DNA of 64,000 bases from Azolla caroliniana (taxonomy: Eukaryota; Plantae; Polypodiophyta). Below are positions 42,501 through 56,200 of the stretch, piece by piece. The notes beneath the pieces were generated by a model. That model searched no databases and was not told where the DNA came from. It saw nothing but the letters and a program-made list of their open reading frames with translations. Within the stretch, counting starts at the first letter, position 1. The number at the start of each line of letters is the position of its first letter. The translations under genes were made by a program, and so were the position numbers. Location: the NCBI GenBank assembly GCA_043228905.1, contig JBHGNT010000013.1:19716001-19780000 (forward strand), written 5' to 3'.

Positions 42501-45500
42501 GTTGGTTCTTGTTGTCAAAGACAATAAAATATTGTAAAATGTAAACTTCTTGTTTGATCCTCTAGCCCATTTTGGTGTCTCACTTGAAAATTGATCTATA
42601 TCATAATTTTTTTTCTCCTTCCTATCTTCCGCATTTATCTCTTCTTAGAATTATCAAGCACAACATTTATTCAGAATACAGTAAGGAAAAGAAATGCCAA
42701 AAGACAGTACATCCATTAAAATGAGATCAAACTCTTCTTTAGCTGCTTGTTCCACAGCCTCTTCACCGTTATTAGCCAAGACAGCTGTATGCCCCCATTT
42801 CTTTAAAAGAATAACCATTACACGTTGATTGACAGCATTATCTTCTGCTACCAGAATATGCAAGCGTTTGGGAAGGCTTTGTGATTCCTTCGGTGCTTTT
42901 TCCTGATAATTAAATGACGAGATTAGAAACTGACAGAGCATTGCATATAGAAATAAAGCATTTACATCTACCTCTAAAACAGCTGATTTATCTTGGTAAC
43001 CCAGAACCGACTGCAATACTTGAACCAATAAGGCTCGTTTAATAGGTTTGGAGACATGATAAATCAAGCCAAGTTCAAGACACCTAAGACAACAAAAAAG
43101 GACCACCTTAAAGAATAATATGAAACATAAATTAAACATATAATCTGTACAAGCTATCCACCTGGAAACATCTACGTGATTAATTGATGTAAGCATGATA
43201 ACTGATGAGAGACCACGACAAGAAATAGAAGACATATTCTTTACTGAGACAGGCTTCTCTCCATTAGAAGTATGACAAATGCAAAGACTGGCATCGGCTT
43301 TGCAGCTAAAAACCTCAGATTGTGTGGTAACTTTTTCAGTTGGCTTCTCCAAAGATTCACTATTTAGTTCAAGCTGAGCAGATTCAACTTGAAATCGTTT
43401 TTTTAAACAAGTGTCGTTTGTATGTAGAAATGAAATCAACTCGGACGCATCAGTTCCATCCAACCACATATCCAGCAGCAAAATATTGTACTTCTTGTTG
43501 GATCGAGAAGCCATTTCTAATGCACATATTGCATCTTCTACAGTTCCAGCTCCATCAACTATCATTCCCCAGTTCTGCAAGAAAAAGGACTGCTTAACTA
43601 GAGCACCTAGAGGGATTTTTATATTTCAAGCAAGGATATAACTTAACACATCAATAACTGAATGTCAATAAAACATTTAAATGAGGAGATAAAAAAGTAC
43701 CTTTAACATATCTATTAAGATCATTCGATTGGATTCATTGTCGTCTACAACCAGAGCATAAAATCCCTTGAACATGTTTGCCCATGGAGAAAATGGTACT
43801 GCATAAGATGGGGGTACTTTAAAACGAGCTGTGAACCAGAATATACTTCCATGACCCTTGATACCATCACTTTCCATCCACATGTGTCCGCCCATTGCAG
43901 TAGCCAGTCTATATGATATTACCAAACCTAAACCAGTTCCTCCATAAAGCCTGCAAAAACCACACTTCCTGATTTTGAGTCATTTAATATTAACTATGAA
44001 GACATACATTCCAACATCAAGAGTTGAATCCCTATGATATTTTTCCTTTTTACATGGTTCTCATACCTCAAAAGATTCTAAAGATTAAACATGCAATTGA
44101 TATATCAAGGATTGCACAAATATACTACAGACAAAATGAGTGACAAAATGCCGATTACATGTCCAATTTCATTCCTAGCAGGTAAAGGCTGATTCAGACA
44201 CTGGTTTAAAATAATCTAGGCTTCTTATTAATACACAATCTAAATTACGGATGTGACGCTTGGAGTGGTTAAACATCTATAGTATTATTGATACTTTACA
44301 ACCCGGACATGACAAAGGGGTTACAGTAGATCAGGCAATAGCGAGTTGCTGTGCATGTAGGCCCCAGCCTCATGGACTCACCACCATTGTCATCAACAGA
44401 TAAAGGCCATTGTCTCCCACCATTGTAGGTGATTCCCTCGCTTTGGAGACCTCTCCATTCTCAATCAACCATGCTAGTGATGTTTCAAAGAAAAAAGTTA
44501 CAATTTATCTGATTTGGGAATCTTACATGTATTGATAACAAGAACTTTAGTCACTTTTTATCTTATTTACTTTTATGACATTTAGTTTGGTTCGTTGTTG
44601 TAAAAAATAAGACAACACTTACGATGTAATCCATTGTTTGGTTTTGTAGGCCATTTTAGTCACTTAAAAGACATTAATATAGCTCTCTGTTCTTCTTTCT
44701 TTCTCCTTTATTAGAGTTTTTTCATATCAAACTTTATTGTTCTCCGTTTACAAGAACTTTGGTCACTTTTTATCTTATTTACTTTGATTACATTTAGTTT
44801 GGTTCATTGCTGGTAAAAAATGAGACAGCACTTAAGATGTAATCCATTGTTTGGTTCTTATACGCCATTTTGGTCTCTTAAAAGAAGTTAGTATATCTTT
44901 CTTTCTTTCAAGAGCTTGAACATCTATACTTAATATTCAATGACATTCCAGGACTTACGTGGGCATCAATCATAGTCAATGACATTTATTTCCAGATCAT
45001 CACTAGGCAGCTACATTGCTCTTACATAGGCATCAATATGTTCAATGAAATTTATTTCCAGGTCACACTAGTCAGCTACTTTACTTTTACATACACATCA
45101 ATCATGTGACAACTCCAGCCTGTCCCCACAACTCCTACATTACACAGCATAAAGGCTAATGAAAGTTTCCATACAGATTTTGTGTGGAACTACAAAGAAC
45201 TTTAAACAACACCAACCTCTGTGTTGAGGAATCTACTTGGGAGAATGCTTGAAATAGCAGCGACTGTTTTTCCTTAGGTATGCCCAATCCTATTAAAGGA
45301 CATTAGAATTATGAAACAAAATCAGTCAACGGAATGATATTAATTTGAGGATTAGAAAATTATTGACAGCCTTGATTCATACATACCAGTGTCTTTGATT
45401 CCAAAGAGAAGCTCAAAAGCATCAGTTGTCTTATTCTTCACAGAGACTGATGCAATTACCTCTCCTTTCTCTGTGAATTTTATTGCATTTCCTACAGGTG

Positions 45501-48500
45501 AAATATCAAGAACCAGAAAATTAAAAGCTTAGAAATAGATTCAAACCAGTTTCATGCAAAAATCTAATTATTTAGCAGGACCAAACAATACCACTTGATC
45601 TCTCTCCTGACTGATTTAATATCTTACTCTACAAGTGATAAATACAGTTTCTATAAAACTTGTTTGAATTGTGTTGTCAGTGTTGCCCAATACTGAGCTT
45701 CTACGACTGTATTGCTAGTTGAACAATTTATTTGGAAATCACCACAGCTACTTTCCTCCAATAGTTTTTAAAATTCAAAATGTGGATTTTTTTTCAATGT
45801 CAAAACTCAGTTTTAATACTAGGTAACTAATATTAAAACGTCGCCTATTATTCATTCCTTCCTTGACAATTTCAGCATGGTTGATTTTCATATGCAAGTC
45901 TGTATGAATCCACTACTTTCAAATGCAAAGGTTCCTTTCCACCAATTGTTTGAGCCTTCTCTCTCATGATTGTTTTATGTAAATATATGATTGACTGCCT
46001 ATAATTATAAGGGGATAAGGATCAAACGATGTAATTTATCAATTTTGAGGTATCCTTCTGTTGTCAACGTGGAGCACTTAATAGTCGTAAGCAGGTACTT
46101 AATGCGAACAACAGGACTATTATACCTTAAGTGCGAGTGTCACAGACAGTCAAGTTGTCACTCCTGGCTCCCACTTTATAAAAGGGGGGACAGTCAACAG
46201 TGAAGAAAAGTTTGCTGATAGAAGAAAAATAACTATCTGATTATCCATAGCCAATCCGCCCTCTTATTGGAGCCTCACAACTCCTGCATTTAACATTTGT
46301 TGAGCTGTGCTTCTCATCACCTTCTCTAAATGCTTCCCTCTATTATTATTAGTTGAACTGTTTGTCATCTAATTTATGTCCAACGAATTGTAGTGGCAGA
46401 ATTGTAGTGGCAAATGCATCTTTTGAGCATGGCATTATAATAGTACCAACGAACATCTACATGTTGTAATCATACCTATTTCTCAATCTACAGTAGCAAG
46501 CATTTAGAAGGTCAGCTTTGACTCCCAAATTAGGGAATGTCAAAAACTTACATGCAATCTAAAAACATGATTAGTGAAACCCCCTATATGACTCCAATCC
46601 GCCCTCTTATTGGAGCCTCATAACTCCTGCATTTAACATTTGTTGAGCTGTGCTTCTCATCACCTTCTCTAAATGCTTCCCTATATTATTATTAGTTGAA
46701 CTGTTTGTCACCTAATTTATATCCAACGAATTGTAGTGGCAGAATTGTAGTGGCAAATGCATCTTTTGAGCATGGAATTATAGTAGTACCAACAAACATC
46801 TACATGTTGTAATCATACCTACTTCTCAACCTACAGTAGCAAGCGTTTACAAGGTCAGGTTTGACTCCCAAATTAGGGAAATTATGTCAAACTTTTACAT
46901 GCAATCTAAAAACATGATTAGTGAAACCCCCTATATGAATCCAACTGAGGCGATGTTGAAAAAGTATCGTATGTAACTTGTAAGATGCCCCTACTATCAT
47001 AATGGTCTTTGCTCTGTAAAAATCTGTACCAGAAAGCTACTTCAGATCTATGATAGGAAGCAGCACCCTCATTTTTTGCTGCTCAAGACATCAAAAACTT
47101 GAACCTGGTCCCCTATTGTTTCAATGACCACTCTTGGCTAAAAAGTGGATCACCACCATCCAACCACCTCTTCTATGCAATCTGATAAGATTCAGGCTAC
47201 ATTGAAAACCTACCATCACAGAATTCCATCTGAGCCACTGTACTCGCCACGAAATCCAAATCCACGAAATTTCCAACTCAATTCTTATTTTGTTTCCAAT
47301 TATACTTAACACTTGGTCACAGTACTTTCCAGTTCATTTCTTTTTCTCTTTCTAAAGAAGGGTTTCCATGTAATGCATGAGATCAGTGATTGGATTTGTG
47401 TCAATAACGTAAATACTCAACTCAATTTAAAACCTTGTTCGTGAGGGGCACACATTCACAGGTAACCCTAAACACATAATATGTTCCAACCATGTTCCCA
47501 AAATCAAACACATAATACACCAACAGACTTGAATGAGTAAAGGTACAATGACAAGACATTATGAGTATAATCTAGATCCCCGTCCAAACAACTACTTAGC
47601 AAAGACCAAGGCAAGAAATGTTTAGGTAGAATCTAAATCCCGTCCAGGAATTACTGAAATACTTGTTGATGATGAACAAGTATTTTGTTAAACTTACCAA
47701 TAAGGTTGACAAAAATTTGTAACAGCCTTCCTGGATCACCCAAGAGATAATTAGGAACACCATCGTCAAATCTGCAGCATAGTTCTATACCATTTTTGAA
47801 GGCAGGAGCTGATTGCACTGAAACTGCCTGCTCTAGTTGGTCAAACAAAGAAAATTGTATTTCTTCCATTTCCAGTTTTCCCGCTTCAATCTTACTGAAG
47901 TCTAATATATCAGTGATTAGCCGTAATAAATGTTGAGCAGAAAAACACACCTGCCAAGAAATTTCAGACAAATAGTCCACAACAAAAATAAATATCTGAA
48001 GCATCATGTAGTTTAACTGCAATTATATATTAGAGCACTTACATAACTAAGATGTTCACACTGTTCAGAAGTAATCTGTGTGTCCAAACAGAGCTCTGTA
48101 AAATTTATGATTGCATTTAACGGTGTACGAATTTCATGGGACATGTTTGTCAAGAACTCTGACTTTGTTCTATTTGCGGCTACAGCAATATCTTTGGCTT
48201 GTTCTAGTTCTAGATCAACCCTCCTCCTCTCTTCAATTTTATTAGCAAGACCTTCATTAGCACGTGCCAAATCTAATGTTCTTTCTCTCACCTATGAAAA
48301 CAGTGTTAGAATGCTATTTTCTCATTCAATAATGAAAACATTTAATGCATAGGATACTTGACTTCATAGAACATTGCATTTATAGTTCAAAAATTCATGG
48401 CTTCAAATTTGATTTGCCACACTATTATTCAAAACATGGCCGACTTTACTAGACTAGCTGCTTGATGTGTGTAGCGCACAGATAATTTCTTCATAAGAAA

Positions 48501-51500
48501 TACAATCGAGATACCAACCTTATGCTCAAGTATCATTTGATGACTTGCAATTTGGTTTGCCATGCTATTGAAAGTATCTTTCAAGTCTGCTATCTCATCC
48601 CGAAATACGATTGTCCCTTTTTTCACCCTTGCTGTCATATTCCCTTGCCCTAGTGCCACGGCAGCTTTTTTGAGCTCCACAATTGGGGAGCTAACAATCT
48701 GCATGAATCATTTGGAAACATGAAATCATTTTACTTATATAGTATTCAAAAGAAAAATAAATACAATACAGCTTATTAAATATTCAAACAAAACACATCG
48801 TAATCCTAAGTCACTCAAACTATTATTACATATTGACATCAACTACAAAACTCACTTCTGATTACCTCTCAATAATATGATCAAACCCTACATGAGCTGT
48901 ATAAATAAATGGTAATGAGGAATTCTACTACCAAGGATTATCTGTATTGATCCCAAACCGATGAGCCCTCCTGTCCCATGACTGGAAAGGCTTTGGTTAT
49001 CCATTAGTACCAAGTCTATTAGAGGCGGAATGCTGCAATGAAGGAGTGGAAAAAATGTTTCAAAAGAAGAAGAGGGATTCGAACCCTCAGTAAACAATAG
49101 TCTACATAGCATTTTGGGTGCTACACCTGTAATCCCTGAGTCACCCTTCCTTTGATATCTCAAACATTCTCCCGCATTCACACTTGGGGTAGAAAATCTG
49201 TATCTAAGCTGTTGGTCCATGATAGTCACAGAGTCACATTTATTTTCGACAAAAATCTACCATTTCTGTGCTTCTTAAATGCAAGACCTTGCCTGACTGA
49301 ATTCTTAAGGTCTCCCACCTGACATTGATGTGACATGATGAGTCCTGCCAGCAGATCAATTCACAGCACATGTGGATATTCTTCAATAGTTGTTACTTCA
49401 TACAGGGATTTCCAATGCAATTTGAAGTGCTATTGATCTGTAACTTCTCTGTATGTCCATTGATTAGCAACCAAATAGGCATGCAGAAAATAATTATGCT
49501 ATAAAAAACAGATAGCGTCATATCTTTAAATGCTACTTTTTTCTTTACGCATCTGGCTCAGCAGCCAGAACCCCATTTTGGACATGTAGGGGAAAGTCGT
49601 GTTCTCTATGCATCTAATCGACATATTAGCATGTGCACAAACTGAATTCAGCACATGGACTCCAATGGATGTAAAAGATAATTACGCCATAAAAAACCCA
49701 ATGATATCATCTTTAAGATCTAATTGTTTCTATGCATAGTGTAACAACCAAAACCCACTTATGGGCATGTACAGTCTTCTTCCCTCATCAGATATGCAGG
49801 CAAATGTATGAAGAACAAATCTGCCAATTGCGCCATTATGTGGTGGAAATAAAAGAACATTATGTTTTCCTTTGTGCTATTCTTTATAAATTTATAAGCG
49901 GGCGGTACCACTGCCTCTTCAAACAAGGATTTGGCCTACTATATGAATGCAATGGAATATGAAATCAACAATGGTATGGACTACTCATGTTAAGAGTTTT
50001 AGAGACATAGAAAGGTGGTGAAGGTCAACAATACAACCACGATAGTTCATTAAAAAAGAACCATCACGATTCACCTTTGTCACTCCTTTCTGAACTCAAC
50101 GCCAATCAAGGGCTACACAAATGGGATCTCGATTCTCAATCAAAACACTCAAAAAGGGTTACAATAGATCAGGCAATAGCATTGTGTTGTGCACATATTC
50201 CATGGCCATTTGTGCCACAACCCCATCACCCTTGTCATTGATAGATTAATCCCATTATCACCCAGCATTGAAGGTGCTTCCCTTGCTTCAGTGATCTTTA
50301 TGGCATTGTCCATATGAACTTCAATGCATGTGGAAAATTACATTTTGTCCTGTATACAGAATCCACATAAGGAAATGTTTCTTTGTACATTCACTATAAA
50401 GGTGGGTAAATGAATTCCTCACAAAAAACATTTATGGGCCTGTTGCAGGAAGAAATCTGCAAACAGAACAGGGCGTCAATTTTTGGTTTTTCTAAGAAGA
50501 TATTGTATTGCTGTAAAGAATACATTCAAAGCGTAGGAAATATGTGAGATATTAATCTAGTGATGAGTTAGGCCAAAATTGGATTTTTTCAGTAGAATAA
50601 TACCTTACATTTGAATAATACCATACATCTGAAGTGAATCGTAAATTTATAAAAGGCCATTATCTAGGTCCTTAATTATACCACTTAAGAAGATATGGCT
50701 TTACCTTCGCTAATCCAAGAGATGCCATGACTCCCACAAAGGCAAACACAATAATTGTACTTATAATCACAATCTGCACACTCTGCACAGATGAATATGC
50801 CTCCTGAATATCAAGCTTTGCCAAAAGACCTGTAGAAATTGGATGAATTCATAACAAGTTCCACATGTGACAATACATATATACATATATAAGGACTACA
50901 CACCCCAATGCATGAATCCTACTGGTCTATATGCTGCCACAACTTTCGCACCATTATAATCCCGGAACACCATGACGCCTATCTCCCCATTTAGAGCCCT
51001 TTCCATTGCACCGCTTTTAGGAAACAGAGTCATATTTCGATTGCGAGCAGGGGGAAACAAAAAACGAACCATGTCTGAGCCTTCGGGTATACCTACGAGA
51101 ACTTCACCAGTTTTCTGAAGTCCTGTTCTTCCATAGTACAACTTTGCTAGATTTGTTGCATTAACAAATGTCACCAGTACACCAATAACCGTGTTTTTCT
51201 CCTAAAACAAATATCACAATGAAGTCATTACACATTAAATTGGAATTTGTCATTAAATAATGTTTCAAATGAAAACTTACCTGTGTGCTTACATCAAAGT
51301 AATTGCCCTAAATTTACATAAACATATAGAATAGGTAAGATTTATAAGTTCAAGTTCTCTATAATAAGCTCGCATACATATATAAATCAATCAGGTTGTT
51401 TCGGTACAGAGGTATTATAAGATTTCCAATCCATTCGATTTTGCATTCACATTTTCTTCATTTTGGCATCAATACTGAGTCATATCAATTGAAATTTAGT

Positions 51501-53221
51501 CATATCATCAGTTTCAGATGCTAGCATTCTGGCAAGTGTATGGAGGTTTTAGAACCACAAGACAGACATCCAACACATGCATCAAGAAGCTACTCCATCA
51601 ATGGACATCATTTCAGACCCGAAGATATAACGCATTACAATTCTGACAACATAAGTTTGTAATATTTTGATTGGGATCCACATTTAGTGTCCAATAAAGG
51701 TGAGCATCACCCGTCTGTCATATAATTCTAGATCCTTAAATACCAATGCAAGAAAAAATGTACAAAGTGATTTTTTGTACCCTTAACACCTATAAGACAT
51801 CATATATTGTGACATTTATAATGAGGAAGCTTCAGGACGACTAATTATCGTCAAATTAAAAAATGTCAGCAAGCAAATTCTAGAATAACACATTATAAAC
51901 ATGTACAACTTCAAGAAACTTGTTCCCTGGAGAGGACTTAATAATTACCAAAACCTCTAGAAGCCTATCAGGTTAAAAAGATTAATACTATCCAAAATAC
52001 CATAAGTGTTCATTCCAACATCCAAAAGGCATCAAAATGATAGACACTCCAAAAACCATGGATTTTTCCCATTAGTTTACGATTAACTATACCTTAATAC
52101 ATTTGCTTTTATAAACTTTCTTCGATAAAGGAACGATAAATTATTAGCGGCATAAATGAAACCTGTAAAACAGTTCGGGTTATTTGGTAAGTCCATCCAA
52201 ACTGATCATTTTTGAAAGGGTAGGAGAGCTTAAATTTATCCGCATAAATCTTATTCAATTCATCTCGCTCGAGCGTTGCATTGAAAATGCTGTGATGAGT
52301 TGATATCAATAATTTTCCTTCTCTGTCGTATATACCAGAGTGTAGGAAGTCTGAAATAACTGATGTCGCAGTTGCAAGGTCATAATATACAAATGACTTA
52401 TCAACTTTGCTTGTGTCCATCAAGTATCTGTTAATCATTACTCTGTTAGCTATTAGTTCCGTCTTCTCAGTTTCACTAAGCAAATATTCCCTCAATTGTT
52501 CCTGGCGTAAAGTAGAAACTGTGATTAGCCTGCGCTCTATCTCATCTACCAATTGATTGTGAGCCTTCAACAACAGAAAGATACCAGGCACGCCAGATGC
52601 AAGTAACACCTGTAAATTAATATTATCAAGAGACAGATATGACATGCTGAGAAATGGACACACACTCAGGCCTATATACAATAGAGTCACAGTTCATTAC
52701 AGTGAGGCGAATACTATAATGCATGAAATGTGTATTATCGATGCTTTGCTAGTTAGATCTTCGTTTACTTATGAATAAGAAACCTTGTTGGAAAGAGCAC
52801 ATCAAGGTCCATGTGTTTTGGACTATGGAGACTAGTACTTTTAGAACTTTCCATCTCCATGGAGACTAGTAATTTTGCACTATGGAAACTAGTAATTTTA
52901 GAACTTTCCATCTCCATGCTTAATTTACACTACCATATGGCATCACAAGAGCAGATGAATTACTCTGAAATGAACTTTTACCAGTAAACCAACAAAGATT
53001 GTTAGCTTGAGGCAGATGGGTGCCCTCAAACCTTTACCATGCCATTGATGATTCTGCACAAGTGCACTGCTGTCGAACTCTGATGTTGTCGATGTTGCCG
53101 ATATATTGCTCATATTGTTCGAAGATGCCAATTGTAATGCTGTTGGTGCTGGCATTTCCATTGACACGGTCCAACTACATTGTCTTGGATCATGATTTCC
53201 ACCAGATGAACCATCGCTCAT
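39552..53221 (-). CDS. Membrane-bound hybrid sensor histidine kinase: TM-Cache-like extracytoplasmic domain-TM-HAMP-HisKA-HATPase_c-REC-REC, ~1061 aa
   Basis: 14 phase-consistent GT-AG exons: 52982-53221, 52163-52609, 50904-51201, 50705-50829, 48519-48698, 48043-48291, 47698-47950, 45387-45491, 45217-45289, 43701-43950, 43162-43574, 42972-43083, 42711-42902, 39552-39800 (3186 nt). H-box MSHEIRTP, N-box NLIGNAIKFT, G1 DTGLGI, F-box LFQAFSQ, G2 GGTGLGL; two receivers (VVDD..LLLD..LTS..KP and AEDN..ILMDVQMP..MTA..KP). Confidence 0.93.
41520..42650 (+). mobile_element. Degenerate LINE 3' fragment (same family) in a histidine kinase intron
   Basis: Plus-strand homology to the LINE A/B 3' region (ccacatctaaacatcactagtggaaaagaa...gagatctctccattttgga...). 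Confidence 0.7.
44300..44908 (+). mobile_element. LINE 3' fragment with duplicated 3' UTR and (tttc)n tail
   Basis: gggttacagtagatcaggcaatagc... matches the reverse complement of 22770-22800. The tail region is repeated at 44538-44710 and 44750-44908. Confidence 0.78.
46251..46945. repeat. 343-bp tandem duplication in a histidine kinase intron
   Basis: ccaatccgccctcttattggagcctca...gaaaccccctatatga occurs at 46251 and 46594. Confidence 0.92.
49480..50295 (+). mobile_element. Degenerate LINE 3' fragment (same family)
   Basis: ctgcctcttcaaacaaggatttggcc and aagggttacaatagatcaggcaatagc match the reverse complement of LINE A 22780-23040. Confidence 0.7.
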
Positions 53222-56200
53222 TACTCTCCTGTAACTAAGACAATAGATGCATAGGTTCATCATCATCTGTCTATAATTGATCCTGATTGCTTCACAACAA
53301 TATCAACTTGACCATCTCCCCCACAGAAGAGCTACTATGGTTTGATCTGAATCCATTGTGTAATTGATCCATACACTTTAATTTACAGCGACATGGATGC
53401 GACTTGGATACAATTTGGAGTTTGTGGATCCTGAAGTAGCAGAACCAAACAGTGACCAGACACAAACACACATATAGAAACAGCTTGATAATAAAAGACA
53501 GATGTAGTAAGCTCGTATAAGAGGAAATATTTGATGACGATATAGTTTTCTTTTCAAAAACATAAACCTTGCATAAGGTTGCAAAGAAGATAAAATAGAG
53601 TATTTTTTATATAACCGCGTAAGAAATGGACTGAATTAGCGCGGAGAACAATTGTTTACCTCAATTATCTGCAATCTCATCCAAAGCTCAGAGAGATACA
53701 GATATGGAGACCGTTATCTTATTCTTCTTTAATAAAGAATATGAAGATGAATCCGTTTTGATCAGAGAAGGGAACGTTTTACGTTAATTTTATGCGATCT
53801 CAATGAAAGCTAAGGTAGAGACACGACGAAGGAGACGGCGAGGGCTGCTTTATCTTCAATATAATATAAGAGAAGAGGCTCAAATATTCTTGATCAGAGA
53901 AGAGAATCCACCGTTTTCGAGTCGCTGCAACCTCAGTGGAAGCTCAGAGATAGGCGAGCTATGGCGACCAGAGCTTAAGAGAAAAAAAAAAAACATATTT
54001 AAAAAGAAACAGTATATAAGAATTGGAAGTAAATTATAAACGAATTTAAATTATAAATACAATAAAGAAATATATAATTTTAATTATTTATTTTTGCAAT
54101 TCGGAGGAAAATTTTATAATATAATCTTTAATTTAAAAAATAAATAGTAATTCTAATATGTATATACTTAAAAATTGCTACAATAGTGATTTTTGATAAC
54201 ACAATATATCGGCGAAAAACAAAAACAGGAAAACATGCCGCGAATCAGACAGTTCCACCGGCTATAGCAGGTCAAACTTTCAAATCTCCTCTTTTTCTTT
54301 TCTTTTTTCCACATGAATTAGGCAAAAAACATTGGAAAAGGCAAGAATTCAAAGGCGGTGAAATAGAGAGACGGTGCTATATAATGTACATATACATACA
54401 TAATGTCTGCTTCCTAGCATAAAGAGAGAGCTACACGAGAGGCTGGCCTAATGTTAATACTAACTATAATTGCTTACAAGATCTGCGAGCCATGTCACCT
54501 GCCTTTGGATTAGTCATAGTTGCATCCACATAATCTACACATTATACTTTACTAGCTTGTTTGCTTTATTCTTTATCAAAATCATTTATTACAGACATGC
54601 TCCCCCTTAATCACTTTAATGAAGTGTGTTTCCCATATATATATATATGCCTATAGTTTACGCATTTGCATTTGCATCCATATATATCCACGTGTTTATA
54701 ATTGCACCCGCATAACCTACACATTATATGTTATGAGCTCGTTGGATTTATTGTTTGGTCACAATGCACTAGATATTTGCCCAAATACGCTGTCTAATTA
54801 TTATAGGAAAGTTTCTACAACCACTTCAAACTACATGTGCAAACATATGGCACACACATTAGAGGTTCAACTAACAACTCAAAGGCAGTGTGCATTGAAA
54901 AACAACAAGCTTCTCCTTTGTTTTCCTAGTGATAAGATAAATTTGTCTATAGTAAAAGGTGGTCCAAAGATACAAAATTTCAAGGTAGTTTGAATAGTAG
55001 AATTCTCAAAAAAATAATAATCTTATTTGGCCCAAGAAAATGATCCATTTTTTCAATTATGATGCGATTGTCCTAACATTTTTACTTTGCAATGCCAAAA
55101 TTAGGCAAATTTATCTTGAACACTTGCGACAATATGATGTGTTATGTCTTTAAACTTCTTAACGGGAGTTAATAGTGTTAGAGACTTATCAAGACCTTTA
55201 GCATGTGAACGAACTAATAATTGAAAGGAGATAATTAGACCACCTATAAATACAAACACATCTACATACAGTTATTTCATTCAAGATGAATTACATTTTA
55301 AACAACACAAAGTATGTGTGCTAAGACAATAAGGATATCATAAAGCAAAGTACTTAGTTAAATTTGTATATCATCTAGGGTAGAGCATCTACCATACTCC
55401 AAACTTTGACCTCAGTTCGAATATATATTTCATTGATCGATACCACCATAAATAAAGTACAATCCATATTCATGATTTTTCTCTCATATATGCATGAAAT
55501 GGTAGTAATTGCTTTGGACTGCATTAAAATTGCAACATGTGCATGCCACCAATCCAAACACATGAGTCATGACCATAAGAGCAAGGTAACCAAGAGCCAC
55601 AATCCAAAACTTATCACTCGATAAGGGGAGTGAGGGCACAAGATCGAATTTATAAGATAGCCTACCCCCCCCCTCCAACGAAGGGTGTGCTCACAGGCAA
55701 AAAGGTCACAATGAAACTTCCCGCATTGGCAATGCCCATGGGGATGTAATATATGCATCTCCTTAATATAGTTAATTGATGTCCTATGCTCAAAATAACG
55801 AAAGAGCAAACTGATTTGTGAGGGATATACGTATTTCGAAAACATGGGGACACATCCAACATATTATATATTATCATCATCATAGTACCATTCAATCAAG
55901 ACACTCTCATAATTCATAATTCCTGAAATTCAAATTGTGATTAAGGTCCCATCTATGCAATAGTCATTACTAAGTTTGAAAATGAGAATGGAAACCTTCC
56001 TCTCTTGGCAAGTTACGTTGAAAATAGGTGAAATGAAGTATTTAGACAAATTAAAAACTAGAGGTATGTTGGAGATTATTGTTGATAACATTAGCAATAT
56101 TTCGAGAATTCCATGAGAAATGAGTGGTATACTTTTAAATGTATAATGATACGTTCTAAATCTAATTATAATAACTTGAAAGTTGACACCATCCTTTGGT

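Noticed and set aside
39552-53221. Histidine kinase as bacterial contamination
   Set aside because: It has 13 GT-AG introns containing host LINE copies and sits between plant genes.
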